Below are positions 9,649-17,746 of a stretch of 32,000 nt of DNA, one piece after another. The position numbers and the translations under genes were made by a program. Source of the stretch: Corynebacterium amycolatum (GTDB taxonomy: Bacteria > Actinomycetota > Actinomycetes > Mycobacteriales > Mycobacteriaceae). The notes under the pieces are model-generated. The model did not search any database, was not told the origin of the DNA, and was given only the letters and a program-made list of their open reading frames with translations. Every line of letters starts with the position of its first letter. The stretch's first letter is position 1. Location: NCBI RefSeq assembly GCF_049243625.1, contig NZ_CP046975.1; one strand, written 5' to 3'.

Positions 9649-10446
9649 ATGACCGACGACGATTCGCGCGAACAGGCTGACGGCCAAAAAGAAGACCGTA
9701 CTGATGGCTTGAAAGGCTTCCGGAAACTTGGCGAGGAGCCTGAAAAGCACACTCCGTGGTACATCGAGATTCCAATCATTATCGTGATTGCCCTGCTCAT
9801 CAGTGCCGGTGTGCAGTCCTTTATCGGCCGCGTCTACGTGATCCCATCTGAGTCGATGCAGCCGACGCTCAACGGTTGTGCGGGGTGCACTGGTGACCGC
9901 ATTTGGGTGGATAAGGTTTCCTACCAGTTCTCAGATCCCAAGCCCGGCGATGTTGTTGTCTTTAATGGCCCGGAGTCCTGGAATAGTAACTACGTGTCAC
10001 AGCGTTCAACTAACCTGGTGGCGAACTCGCTGCAGACGGTTGGGTCCTGGATTGGCCTTGTTGCACCGGATGAAAATGCGTTGGTCAAGCGTGTGATTGC
10101 CACGGGTGGTCAGACTGTGCAGTGCCGCCCAGGAGATCCCGGCATCATGGTAGACGGCAAGATGACAGACCAGGATTTCATTAAAACTCCGGCAGACAAG
10201 CCGGTGGTGGATAATCTTGGCTCAGAGCAGTGTGGTGGCCCGTACTTCGGGCCGATAACAGTGCCGGAGGGGCATCTGTGGGTCATGGGCGACAACCGCA
10301 CCAACTCTGCGGACTCTCGCTATCACATGGGTGACGAGCTGCAGGGTACTGTGCCGCTGGATAACGTCGTCGGCAAGGTGCAGGCAATCATTCTGCCGTT
10401 TAACCGAATCGGTGGCGTCGATGATCCGGACATCCAGCACAACTAA
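9649..10446 (+). CDS. lepB: Signal peptidase I
   Basis: One N-terminal TM helix, with S26 motifs IPSESMQPTL, VKRVIATGGQTV and GDNRTNSADSR. Confidence 0.93.
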   Translation: MTDDDSREQADGQKEDRTDGLKGFRKLGEEPEKHTPWYIEIPIIIVIALLISAGVQSFIGRVYVIPSESMQPTLNGCAGCTGDRIWVDKVSYQFSDPKPGDVVVFNGPESWNSNYVSQRSTNLVANSLQTVGSWIGLVAPDENALVKRVIATGGQTVQCRPGDPGIMVDGKMTDQDFIKTPADKPVVDNLGSEQCGGPYFGPITVPEGHLWVMGDNRTNSADSRYHMGDELQGTVPLDNVVGKVQAIILPFNRIGGVDDPDIQHN

Positions 10447-10522
10447 ATCCAGCACAACTAGCCTGCCCAGTCTGCTGGCGCTGCCGGCGCCGAAACTACG
10501 GAGGTTGAAGCAGGCGCGCACG

Positions 10523-11140
10523 ATGGAAGTCGCGCTGGCAAAGCGCGGCTTTGGACCTGTAGCTGGGGTCGACGAAGCTGGCCGCGGCGCCTGTGCAGGC
10601 CCGATAGTTATCGCCGCCTGCTGCCTTCCCGAACGCCCTATCGCAGAACTGGATAAGCTCACCGATTCTAAAAAGCTCACGCCGGCCGCACGCGAACGGC
10701 TCTTTCCGCTCATCCAACGCTTCGCCACCGCTTTTTGCGTGACGACGATCCCCGCGTCCTACATCGACCAATTCGGCATCCAGGACGCGAATGTCACTGG
10801 AATGCGCCGCGCGGTAGCCGGGTTGGGGCAGCGTCCTGGCTACGTGCTTACCGACGCACTCAAGGTGTCCGGCTTCACGGCACCCTATTTGCCCGTGATT
10901 GGCGGTGATTCCGCTTGCCGATGTATTGCTGCTGCGAGTGTCTTAGCCAAAGTCACCCGCGACCGCATTATGGTTGACCTATCGGAGAAGTATCCGGACT
11001 ATGGTCTGGCGGGGCATAAGGGCTACGGCACGGCATCGCATATGGAAGCGATTTCGCGCCATGGCGCGACCCCGGAACATCGGTGGTCATACCGCAATGT
11101 GCGCTTGGCGCACGCGGAGTATCTTGAGCACCCCGAATAG
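10523..11140 (+). CDS. rnhB: Ribonuclease HII
   Basis: GPVAGVDEAGRGACAGPIVIAACCL (DEAGRG motif) and LTDSKKL. The track start at 10331 lies inside lepB and is rejected. The true start is ATG 10523 or TTG 10505. Confidence 0.9.
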   Translation: MEVALAKRGFGPVAGVDEAGRGACAGPIVIAACCLPERPIAELDKLTDSKKLTPAARERLFPLIQRFATAFCVTTIPASYIDQFGIQDANVTGMRRAVAGLGQRPGYVLTDALKVSGFTAPYLPVIGGDSACRCIAAASVLAKVTRDRIMVDLSEKYPDYGLAGHKGYGTASHMEAISRHGATPEHRWSYRNVRLAHAEYLEHPE

Positions 11141-11194
11141 ACCAACATGTACAAAAAGAGCAACATGTAAACACTCGAAGGAGCCGTCGCGGTC

Positions 11195-11497
11195 GTGAGC
11201 GCAGAAGATCTAGAAAACTACGAGGCCGACGTTGAACTATCTCTGTACAAGGAGTTCCGCGATGTCGTTAGTCAGTTTTCCTACGTTGTTGAGACGGAGC
11301 GTAGGTTCTACCTTGCCAACGCTGTGGAGCTAATCCCGCACAACAGCGAAAACGAGGTCTACTTCGAGCTGCGGATGTCGGACGCCTGGGTGTGGGATGT
11401 CCACCGCCCGGCACGATTTGTCCGCTACGTGCGCGTCATCACTTTCAAGGACGTCAATATCGAGGAACTGGATAAGCCTGACCTACGACTGCCGTAG
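11195..11497 (+). CDS. DUF2469 family protein (Rv2901c-like)
   Basis: MSAEDLENYE...SLYKEFRDVVSQFSYVVETERRFYLAN...DAWVWDVHRPARFV..VITFKDVNIEE closely matches, from memory, the conserved actinobacterial DUF2469 protein. Confidence 0.9.
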   Translation: MSAEDLENYEADVELSLYKEFRDVVSQFSYVVETERRFYLANAVELIPHNSENEVYFELRMSDAWVWDVHRPARFVRYVRVITFKDVNIEELDKPDLRLP

Positions 11498-11540
11498 CTT
11501 TTATAGCTTCTCATCTCTTGGTATAGCTAGCTGCTAACAG

Positions 11541-11576
11541 TTATCCACAGTCGAAAAATTATCCACAGTTAGGGCC
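11541..11576 (+). promoter_or_regulatory. Pair of perfect DnaA-box-like direct repeats (TTATCCACAGT x2) followed by TTAGGGCC
   Basis: The repeats are at 11541-11551 and 11559-11569, separated by CGAAAAA. The first 9 nt of each equal the consensus DnaA box TTATCCACA. The sequence is certain; the function is not. Confidence 0.5.
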
Positions 11577-11603
11577 TTCCGAGCATCTATCGGAAGGCCT
11601 TTG
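11571..11603 (+). terminator. Hairpin, possibly a terminator of the DUF2469 gene
   Basis: Perfect 9-bp stem GGCCTTCCG / CGGAAGGCC (11573-11581 / 11591-11599) with a 9-nt loop. The T-tract is short (TTTG). Confidence 0.5.
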
Positions 11604-11707
11604 TCATGCCCGCTGTGCAAGAGTGTTTCCGAACCGCCAAGGCGGCAAAAGTCTAGGCAGCAAATAGCCAAAGAAGAATTCAATGGGGAACCAGGGGGAC
11701 CGGGGCT

Positions 11708-12130
11708 ATGACACAGGACTTCGAAGAACTGACTACAAGACAGCTCGGCGCGTTCGGGGAGGATTTCGTCGCTGAGATGTTGGAGGATCAGGGGTGGGAA
11801 GTTATTGCTCGGAATGAACGCGTCGGGCGCTATGAGCTCGATCTTATTGCTGAAGACGTCGACGGCCGGCTGCATTTTGTGGAAGTAAAAACGCGGCGCA
11901 GTTCGCGAAGTAGTCAGTTTGGGGACGGCAGAGAGGCAATCACAGCAGCCAAGATTCGTCATTTGCGCAAAGCAGCGGCACGGTGGCTGTCAGAAAGCTC
12001 CACCTACTGGTTAGATGCCGTAATTATCGACTGCGCAGAAGTCACCGTATCCAGCCCTTCATCCAGTCCTCCGGTCGTAGCGGTTACGTACATTCCCGCA
12101 ATCTGCGACGGAATCATGTGGGACTGCTAG
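11708..12130 (+). CDS. yraN: YraN family (UPF0102) endonuclease-like protein
   Basis: GAFGEDFVAEMLEDQGWEVIARNERVGRYELDLIAED..LHFVEVKTRRS is the UPF0102 core. The stop abuts the comM start. Confidence 0.85.
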   Translation: MTQDFEELTTRQLGAFGEDFVAEMLEDQGWEVIARNERVGRYELDLIAEDVDGRLHFVEVKTRRSSRSSQFGDGREAITAAKIRHLRKAAARWLSESSTYWLDAVIIDCAEVTVSSPSSSPPVVAVTYIPAICDGIMWDC

Positions 12131-13663
12131 ATGACTGTCGGTACAGCCCTTGCGGTCAGCCTCAGTGGCATTGAGGGAACAATTGTGCAGGTCGAAGCTG
12201 ACGTTGGGCGTGGCTTGCCAGGAATGTATATCGGTGGGCTCGGCGATGCCGCCGTCGGAGAAGCCAAGCATCGCGTGCGCACGGCAGTTGCCAACTCACA
12301 ACTGCTCTGGCCGAAGACAAAAGTCGTTGTGAGTTTGTCGCCGGCGCATATCCGCAAGCACGGCACCAGCTTTGATCTCGCCATCGTCTGCGCCATCCTT
12401 ATCGCAACCAACGATGACATGGAGGCACGCGGTCGCCTCCGTCAGACGGTTCTCATTGGCGAACTCGGGCTCGACGGTTCCATTCGGCCGGTGCTAGGGG
12501 TGCTACCGCAGGTCCTTGCCGCCCGCGAAGCTGGAGCCCGTTGGGTTATCGTCCCCGCCGCCAACGCCGCCGAAGCCGCGCTTGTCGACGGCATCGCAGT
12601 CTGTACCGCAGCTGACCTCACACAGCTATGGGGTTGGGTGCTCACCGGATCGGGTTTGAGGACCGCGCTTAACGACGACCCCAGCGAACAAACCTTTTCG
12701 GTAGACCTAGCCGATGTCGATGGTCAATCTGAAGCGCGCTTCGCTCTCGAGGTAGCCGCAGCAGGTGGGCACAATCTGTTCATGCAGGGTTCTCCGGGAA
12801 CTGGCAAGTCCATGCTTGCTGAGCGTTTGCCCACAATTCTGCCACCATTGCAGAAGTGGCAGCAGCTGGAGGTTACCGCGCTGCATTCGGTGGCCGGAGC
12901 GCTCGATAATAGGGACACGCTTGTCCAGCATCCGCCTTTTGTGGCTCCACATCACAGCGCCACTGTGGCAGCGCTAGTCGGAGGTGGTGCCGTGCCCAAG
13001 CCCGGCGCGCTTAGCCTTGCCCACCATGGGGTGCTCTTTTTGGACGAAATTACTCTCATGCGCCCGGCAGTATTGGATGCGTTGCGGATGCCGCTGGAAA
13101 ACGGGGTGGTCGTCCACCTGCGTACGCACCATCGAATGACCTTTCCGGCTAGAGCGCAGCTAGTCATGGCGACTAATCCATGTCGGTGTGGGGCGGCATA
13201 TGCCAGCGAATGCACCTGTTCTAGTGCTGAGCGAGCCAAACACGGTCGTGCATTATCGGGGCCGCTTCGCGATCGCATGGATCTCAACGTGACGCTGAGT
13301 CCTGCCGGGGCCAATCTGGGCATCAGAAACAAAGCAGACAATGAGCCCTCGGCGGCCGTTCGTGAGCGGGTACAGGCCGCACGTGACCGTGCCTGCCGCC
13401 GATGGCAGGGCTTGGGTCTTGCCGACGAAGTGGCCGTCACCAACGCGAGCGTGCCACGTTCGCTTCTCCGTCGTCACGCGGGCCTGGACGAGGAGGCGAT
13501 GGCGCTATTGGACTTCCAACTGAGAAAAGGAGAGATTACCCAGCGGGGAGTGGACAAAGTAATCGCAGTGGCGTGGACACTTGCAGATCTCGAGGGGATA
13601 GACGCGTTTACCTTCGAGCACGTGCAACGTGCCTGCAAGCTGCACGACCGCGAGGGCGGCTAA
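12131..13663 (+). CDS. comM: YifB/ComM family Mg-chelatase-like AAA+ ATPase
   Basis: 510 aa. Lon-protease-like N-terminus (VQVEADVGRGLPGMYIGGLGD), Walker A GSPGTGKS and VLFLDEI. Confidence 0.93.
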   Translation: MTVGTALAVSLSGIEGTIVQVEADVGRGLPGMYIGGLGDAAVGEAKHRVRTAVANSQLLWPKTKVVVSLSPAHIRKHGTSFDLAIVCAILIATNDDMEARGRLRQTVLIGELGLDGSIRPVLGVLPQVLAAREAGARWVIVPAANAAEAALVDGIAVCTAADLTQLWGWVLTGSGLRTALNDDPSEQTFSVDLADVDGQSEARFALEVAAAGGHNLFMQGSPGTGKSMLAERLPTILPPLQKWQQLEVTALHSVAGALDNRDTLVQHPPFVAPHHSATVAALVGGGAVPKPGALSLAHHGVLFLDEITLMRPAVLDALRMPLENGVVVHLRTHHRMTFPARAQLVMATNPCRCGAAYASECTCSSAERAKHGRALSGPLRDRMDLNVTLSPAGANLGIRNKADNEPSAAVRERVQAARDRACRRWQGLGLADEVAVTNASVPRSLLRRHAGLDEEAMALLDFQLRKGEITQRGVDKVIAVAWTLADLEGIDAFTFEHVQRACKLHDREGG

Positions 13664-13693
13664 TACAACCGAACCATTATCAAGGGGGAGAAA

Positions 13694-14830
13694 ATGGACG
13701 AAATTCACGCGTGGGCCTATCTGAATCGTGTGGTAGAGGCGACGCATCCGCAGATTGTGCGACTCGTGACGGAGTTTGGGCCGGTAGAGGTAGCGGAGAG
13801 GATCAAGGTTCGCGCCGGGCTGCCGGAAGGTCTACTCAATACGACGCAGGCACGAGCCGAGGTTGACCAGAGTGGCCACGATCTAGAGCTGGCGGCAGCG
13901 ATGGGTTGGCGCCTTATTTATCCGCGACACCCAGAGTGGCCGGGGGAGCTGCTGTCCTGCTTTACGACGCTCGAAGTCCGTGACCGCGCCGATGCGCCAC
14001 CACTTGCGCTGTGGGTTCGTGGCCGTGACTTGCGGGAGATGCTCAGTGAAGCGGTGGCGATTGTCGGAACGCGGATGGCCAGCAGCTACGGGACACAAGT
14101 GGCGGCCCAATTCGCGGGGCAGTTCGCGAATGCGGGAGTTAGTGTCATCAGTGGTGGTGCGTTGGGGATTGATGCCGCGGCGCATCGTGCTGCGCTCGAC
14201 GCTGGCGGCACTACGGTTGTGGTCGGAGCGGGTGGTGTAGGGGTTGACTATCCGCGGGCGCATGCAGAACTCTTCGACCGGATTGCAGAGCGGGGTGCGC
14301 TGGTCACGGAGTATCCACCGGGAGTGCGACCTGCGCGACATCGGTTCTTGACTAGGAATCGGCTGGTAGCGGCCCTATCACGAGCAACCACAATCGTCGA
14401 GGCGGGCTGGCGTTCAGGGGCGCGCAACACAGCGAACTGGGCAGTGAGGCTAAACAAGCCCTTGGGAGCAGTGCCGGGACCGGTGACGCTGCAAACAACC
14501 TCTGGCTGTCATGACCTAATCCGCAGTGGCGAGGCTGTACTGGTGTGTAGTGCCGACAATGTGCGGTCGCTGTATCGGTCAGTTGGCACAGTGAATGAGG
14601 ATGCTCAGCTCGAATTGTTGTGGGAAAAGTCGGCGGTGCAGAAGCTTTCTCGAAACGAGCTCGCTGTCTACGACTCCCTGAATTCTGCGGAGCCAACACC
14701 AGTGGGAAAAGTCGCGGCACAGGCGGGATTAGCCATAGCGCTTACGACACATTTGTTGTTAGAGCTGCAGGGACAGGGGCTGACCAATCGAGTGGAGGGT
14801 GGGTGGTTGCGCCAGGAACAGAGGCGTTAG
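13694..14830 (+). CDS. dprA: DNA-processing protein DprA (Smf)
   Basis: Rossmann-like core: AIVGTRMASSYG, ISGGALGIDAAAHRAAL and RFLTRNRLVAALS. Confidence 0.93.
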   Translation: MDEIHAWAYLNRVVEATHPQIVRLVTEFGPVEVAERIKVRAGLPEGLLNTTQARAEVDQSGHDLELAAAMGWRLIYPRHPEWPGELLSCFTTLEVRDRADAPPLALWVRGRDLREMLSEAVAIVGTRMASSYGTQVAAQFAGQFANAGVSVISGGALGIDAAAHRAALDAGGTTVVVGAGGVGVDYPRAHAELFDRIAERGALVTEYPPGVRPARHRFLTRNRLVAALSRATTIVEAGWRSGARNTANWAVRLNKPLGAVPGPVTLQTTSGCHDLIRSGEAVLVCSADNVRSLYRSVGTVNEDAQLELLWEKSAVQKLSRNELAVYDSLNSAEPTPVGKVAAQAGLAIALTTHLLLELQGQGLTNRVEGGWLRQEQRR

Positions 14831-15047
14831 TGAAGTATTAGTAAAACCTTCTGCAAAGAATCTCGAAAAAATCTTGAATTAGGTATTGCAATTCTCTGTA
14901 CACTCAGTAATATAGGCAAGGCAAGCCTAAGTAACTGTTACGGAAACGGGCTTGTGACATGGGTGAGGCAATAGGGCAGTGGCTCTGGCGAAAGTCGGAG
15001 TCACTGCCTTTTTCGCTGTCTGGTGAGGCCTTGCGGCGTGCATCGAC

Positions 15048-15060
15048 TAAGGTCAGAACC
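15048..15060 (+). promoter_or_regulatory. Candidate -10 element of a leaderless xerC transcript
   Basis: TAAGGT (15048-15053) ends 7 nt before the in-frame GTG 15061. An AT-rich stretch (14831-14958) lies upstream. Confidence 0.35.
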
Positions 15061-15975
15061 GTGAAGCGCGCAACCGATAAAGACGACACGGCTGATCCGG
15101 ATTTCGGGCTATCCGCCAATATTGAGGCCGTACTCATGGATTTTCTCGATGAGCTGACTTATTCCCGCAGGCTCTCCGGTGCAACCGTCCGCGCCTATCG
15201 AGCCGATCTCATCCCCCTCCTCGCCGGCCTGAACCACATCAGTGAACTCTCCACCCCGGTCATCCGTGCGCACCTCGGCGCGAAGCATGCGGAGGGGGCT
15301 GCGCGGTCATCGCTGGCTCGCTTAACGACGTCTATTCGGCAGTTCTGTAGTTGGCTTGTAGCTCGGAAACTTCTCGATGCTGATCCGTCGCTGCGGCTGT
15401 CAACACCGAAGAAGCATCAGCATCTCCCGGAAGTGCTCTCGCCGGAGAAGGTTGAGGCAGCAATCGAGAAAGTCTCTTCTGAGGACAGTGCAGTAGCGGC
15501 ACGCGACTTGGCCATCGTGGAATTGTTGTATGCCACTGGGATGCGTGTAGAGGAGCTGTGCAAGGCCGACGTCTCTGATGTGGACTTCTCCCGCCACATC
15601 ATCTCGGTAGTGGGTAAGGGTAACAAGCAGCGCATCGTGCCCTTTGGGATGCCAGCGGAGGCGGTGCTCAAAGGCTGGCTCCAGGTGCGTGGAAACTTTC
15701 ATGCTTCCGCACAGGCTGAACATGCGCTTTTTCTCGGTGTGCGTGGAGGTAGGTTGAATCCGCGGCAGGCGCGCCGAGTTATTCATAAATGGGCTGATGT
15801 TTCACCGCATGCGCTTCGGCACTCTGCGGCCACGGCCATGGTGGAAGGTGGCGCTGACTTGCGTGTGGTGCAGGAGATGCTCGGCCATTCGAGTCTGGCG
15901 ACCACACAGATTTATACCCACGTCTCAGCGGACCGCCTCCGTGAAGTACATAAGCGGGCACATCCGCGCGCTTAA
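15061..15975 (+). CDS. xerC: Tyrosine recombinase XerC
   Basis: SGATVRAYRADL core-binding domain. Catalytic residues are in ATGMRVEEL, HALRHSAAT, LGHSSLATTQIYTH. The start is uncertain: track ATG 14959, GTG 15061 (preferred) or ATG 15136. Confidence 0.9.
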   Translation: MKRATDKDDTADPDFGLSANIEAVLMDFLDELTYSRRLSGATVRAYRADLIPLLAGLNHISELSTPVIRAHLGAKHAEGAARSSLARLTTSIRQFCSWLVARKLLDADPSLRLSTPKKHQHLPEVLSPEKVEAAIEKVSSEDSAVAARDLAIVELLYATGMRVEELCKADVSDVDFSRHIISVVGKGNKQRIVPFGMPAEAVLKGWLQVRGNFHASAQAEHALFLGVRGGRLNPRQARRVIHKWADVSPHALRHSAATAMVEGGADLRVVQEMLGHSSLATTQIYTHVSADRLREVHKRAHPRA

Positions 15976-16493
15976 CTGCGCACGGACTTGAGCACGATTG
16001 GCCTCCGCTGTATCAAATCCAGCGGATTGAGATAGTCCTTGCCACGCAGCGCACCCCAATGCAGGCCCGGTTCGGGATGATTGGCGCTGGCCACAAGATG
16101 GCCAATCACCTGGCCTGCGGCCACGCGGTCTCCCTTTTCTAGTGCGGTATCTATGGGCTGATAGGTTGTGCGGATGCCATCGGCGTGCATGATCGACACG
16201 GAAGTCATTCCGGCAATAGAACCGGCGAAATGCACCACACCGGGCGCTGAGGCGCGGATTGGCTGGCCCGGGGAGGCGTTCAGGTCAACTCCGCGGTGTC
16301 CAGGCTGCCAGCGTTTTTCCGGTGGGGCGTAGTCGCGTAGAACTTTGCCGTGGACAGGGAAGGTATGTGCAATAGTGGATATTGGTTCGCCGGTAGCTGC
16401 AGGTGGGCTTGGGGGTGTTGTTAGCGCGACAGCGAGCACGAATAGCGCTAATGTGCGCATTAGCGAGCGCCTGAAACTCTGCTTGGTCGTCAT
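15972..16493 (-). CDS. Secreted M23-family metallopeptidase
   Basis: HRGVDL, GVVHFAG and GLHWGAL motifs. ATG 16493 gives a normal signal peptide (MTTKQSFRRSLMRTLALFVLAVAL). The track start ATG 16541 remains possible. The stop overlaps the xerC stop. Confidence 0.88.
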   Translation of the reverse strand: MTTKQSFRRSLMRTLALFVLAVALTTPPSPPAATGEPISTIAHTFPVHGKVLRDYAPPEKRWQPGHRGVDLNASPGQPIRASAPGVVHFAGSIAGMTSVSIMHADGIRTTYQPIDTALEKGDRVAAGQVIGHLVASANHPEPGLHWGALRGKDYLNPLDLIQRRPIVLKSVRS

Positions 16494-16548
16494 GCGCGAT
16501 AGTGTGGCGGACGCTGCACTCGTCGACAAGCGGCAGTGCATTGCAAAC

Positions 16549-16585
16549 GGTTCTAGCTGTGGATGACTTTTTGCCCTGTGGATAG
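16549..16585 (-). promoter_or_regulatory. Second copy of the two-box TCCACAG composite (CTATCCACAG-GGCAAAAAG-TCATCCACAG-CTAGAACC)
   Basis: Read on the minus strand, the boxes are at 16585-16576 and 16566-16557, and CTAGAACC is at 16556-16549. The architecture and gene-relative orientation match 11541-11576. Confidence 0.5.
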
Positions 16586-16869
16586 TAGGGTGTGTCAGAT
16601 ATTGCGACCTGCGCGATGTATCAGATAAGATTACGCTCGCGGTGTCTGCCTTAATGGGCGGTCATTAGCACAAAGACTACGCGCGCGACCCATTCCGGCT
16701 GGTTCACGGGTGCTCGGCAGGATATCTGTCGGGTGTGAGGCAGCGGGGGAGCGCTAGGGCACAGGGAAAGCCTGTGCGTGAACTGTAACCACCTATATCG
16801 GATAAGAAAGGAAGGGAAGCAGCCGCAGCCCTAGTCAGGCTGGACGTGAGAATCTTCCCTGAATATGAC

Positions 16870-17691
16870 ATGGCTGTTGTATCCATGCGAGAACTGCTCG
16901 ATGCAGGTGTCCACTTCGGTCACCAGACCCGTCGTTGGAACCCGAAGATGAAGCGTTTCATCTTCACCGAGCGCAATGGTATCTACATCATCGACCTGCA
17001 GCAGACCCTGACCTACATCGACGAGGCTTTCGAGTTCGTCAAGGAGACTGTCGCTCACGGTGGCAACATCCTGTTCGTCGGTACCAAGAAGCAGGCTCAG
17101 GAAGCCGTTCAGAACGAGGCGGAGCGCGTTGACATGCCGTACGTCAACCACCGCTGGCTCGGCGGTATGTTGACCAACTTCGCCACCGTTTCCAAGCGCC
17201 TGGCTCGCCTGAAGGAGCTTCAGGCAATGGACGCTGCTGAAAACGGATACGAGGGTCGCGGCAAGAAGGAAATCCTGATGCTGACCCGTGAGCGCACCAA
17301 GCTGGAGCGCACCCTGGGTGGCATTCGCGACATGTCCAAGGTTCCGTCCGCACTGTGGATTGTTGACACCAACAAGGAGCACATCGCTGTCTCCGAGGCT
17401 AAGAAGCTGGGCATTCCGGTTGTTGCCATCCTGGACACCAACTGCGACCCGGATGACGTTGATTTCCCGATCCCGGGCAACGACGACGCAATCCGCGCTG
17501 CTTCCGTGCTGACCCGCATCATCTCCACCGCTGTTGAAGAGGGCCGCAAGGCTCGCGCTGAGCGCGAGGCCAACGCTGCTCGCGAAGCAGCAGGCGACGC
17601 TCCGATTGAGTCCGCCGCTGAGAACACCGACCAGGCTGCAGAGATGGACGCCGAGGGCTCCGCTGCAACTGAGACGGCATCCGCTGAGTAA
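16870..17691 (+). CDS. rpsB: 30S ribosomal protein S2
   Basis: [27 protein letters not shown] is the canonical S2 N-terminus, so ATG 16870 is preferred over the track start 16846. It has an acidic C-terminal tail. Confidence 0.96.
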   Translation: MAVVSMRELLDAGVHFGHQTRRWNPKMKRFIFTERNGIYIIDLQQTLTYIDEAFEFVKETVAHGGNILFVGTKKQAQEAVQNEAERVDMPYVNHRWLGGMLTNFATVSKRLARLKELQAMDAAENGYEGRGKKEILMLTRERTKLERTLGGIRDMSKVPSALWIVDTNKEHIAVSEAKKLGIPVVAILDTNCDPDDVDFPIPGNDDAIRAASVLTRIISTAVEEGRKARAEREANAAREAAGDAPIESAAENTDQAAEMDAEGSAATETASAE

Positions 17692-17700
17692 AGCTGAACT

Positions 17701-17732
17701 TTCTAACCACCACAAGTTCTAACCACCACAAG
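17701..17732 (+). repeat. Perfect 16-bp tandem duplication (TTCTAACCACCACAAG x2) in the rpsB-tsf spacer
   Basis: Copies are at 17701-17716 and 17717-17732. The second copy runs into the tsf SD AAGGAGG (17730-17736). Confidence 0.9.
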
Positions 17733-17746
17733 GAGGAACGCCCAGC

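Noticed and set aside
8732-9775. 347-aa minus-strand ORF
   Set aside because: It spans the HNH 3' end, the rplS promoter, rplS itself, its terminator and the lepB start. That is incompatible with those well-supported features.
11541-11569. The DnaA boxes as a chromosomal origin (oriC)
   Set aside because: There are only two boxes, no adjacent AT-rich unwinding element, and no dnaA, dnaN or rpmH nearby. The surrounding synteny is a mid-chromosome housekeeping block.
14831-14958. A visibly AT-rich ~130-bp stretch between dprA and xerC, considered as a possible insertion scar or small RNA
   Set aside because: It has no repeats, hairpin or terminator, and no ORF. It is most simply the xerC promoter region: TTGCAA (14886-14891), 16 nt, then TAATAT (14908-14913), plus the TAAGGT element.
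16831-17715. 294-aa minus-strand ORF
   Set aside because: It is antisense to rpsB and is a shadow ORF.
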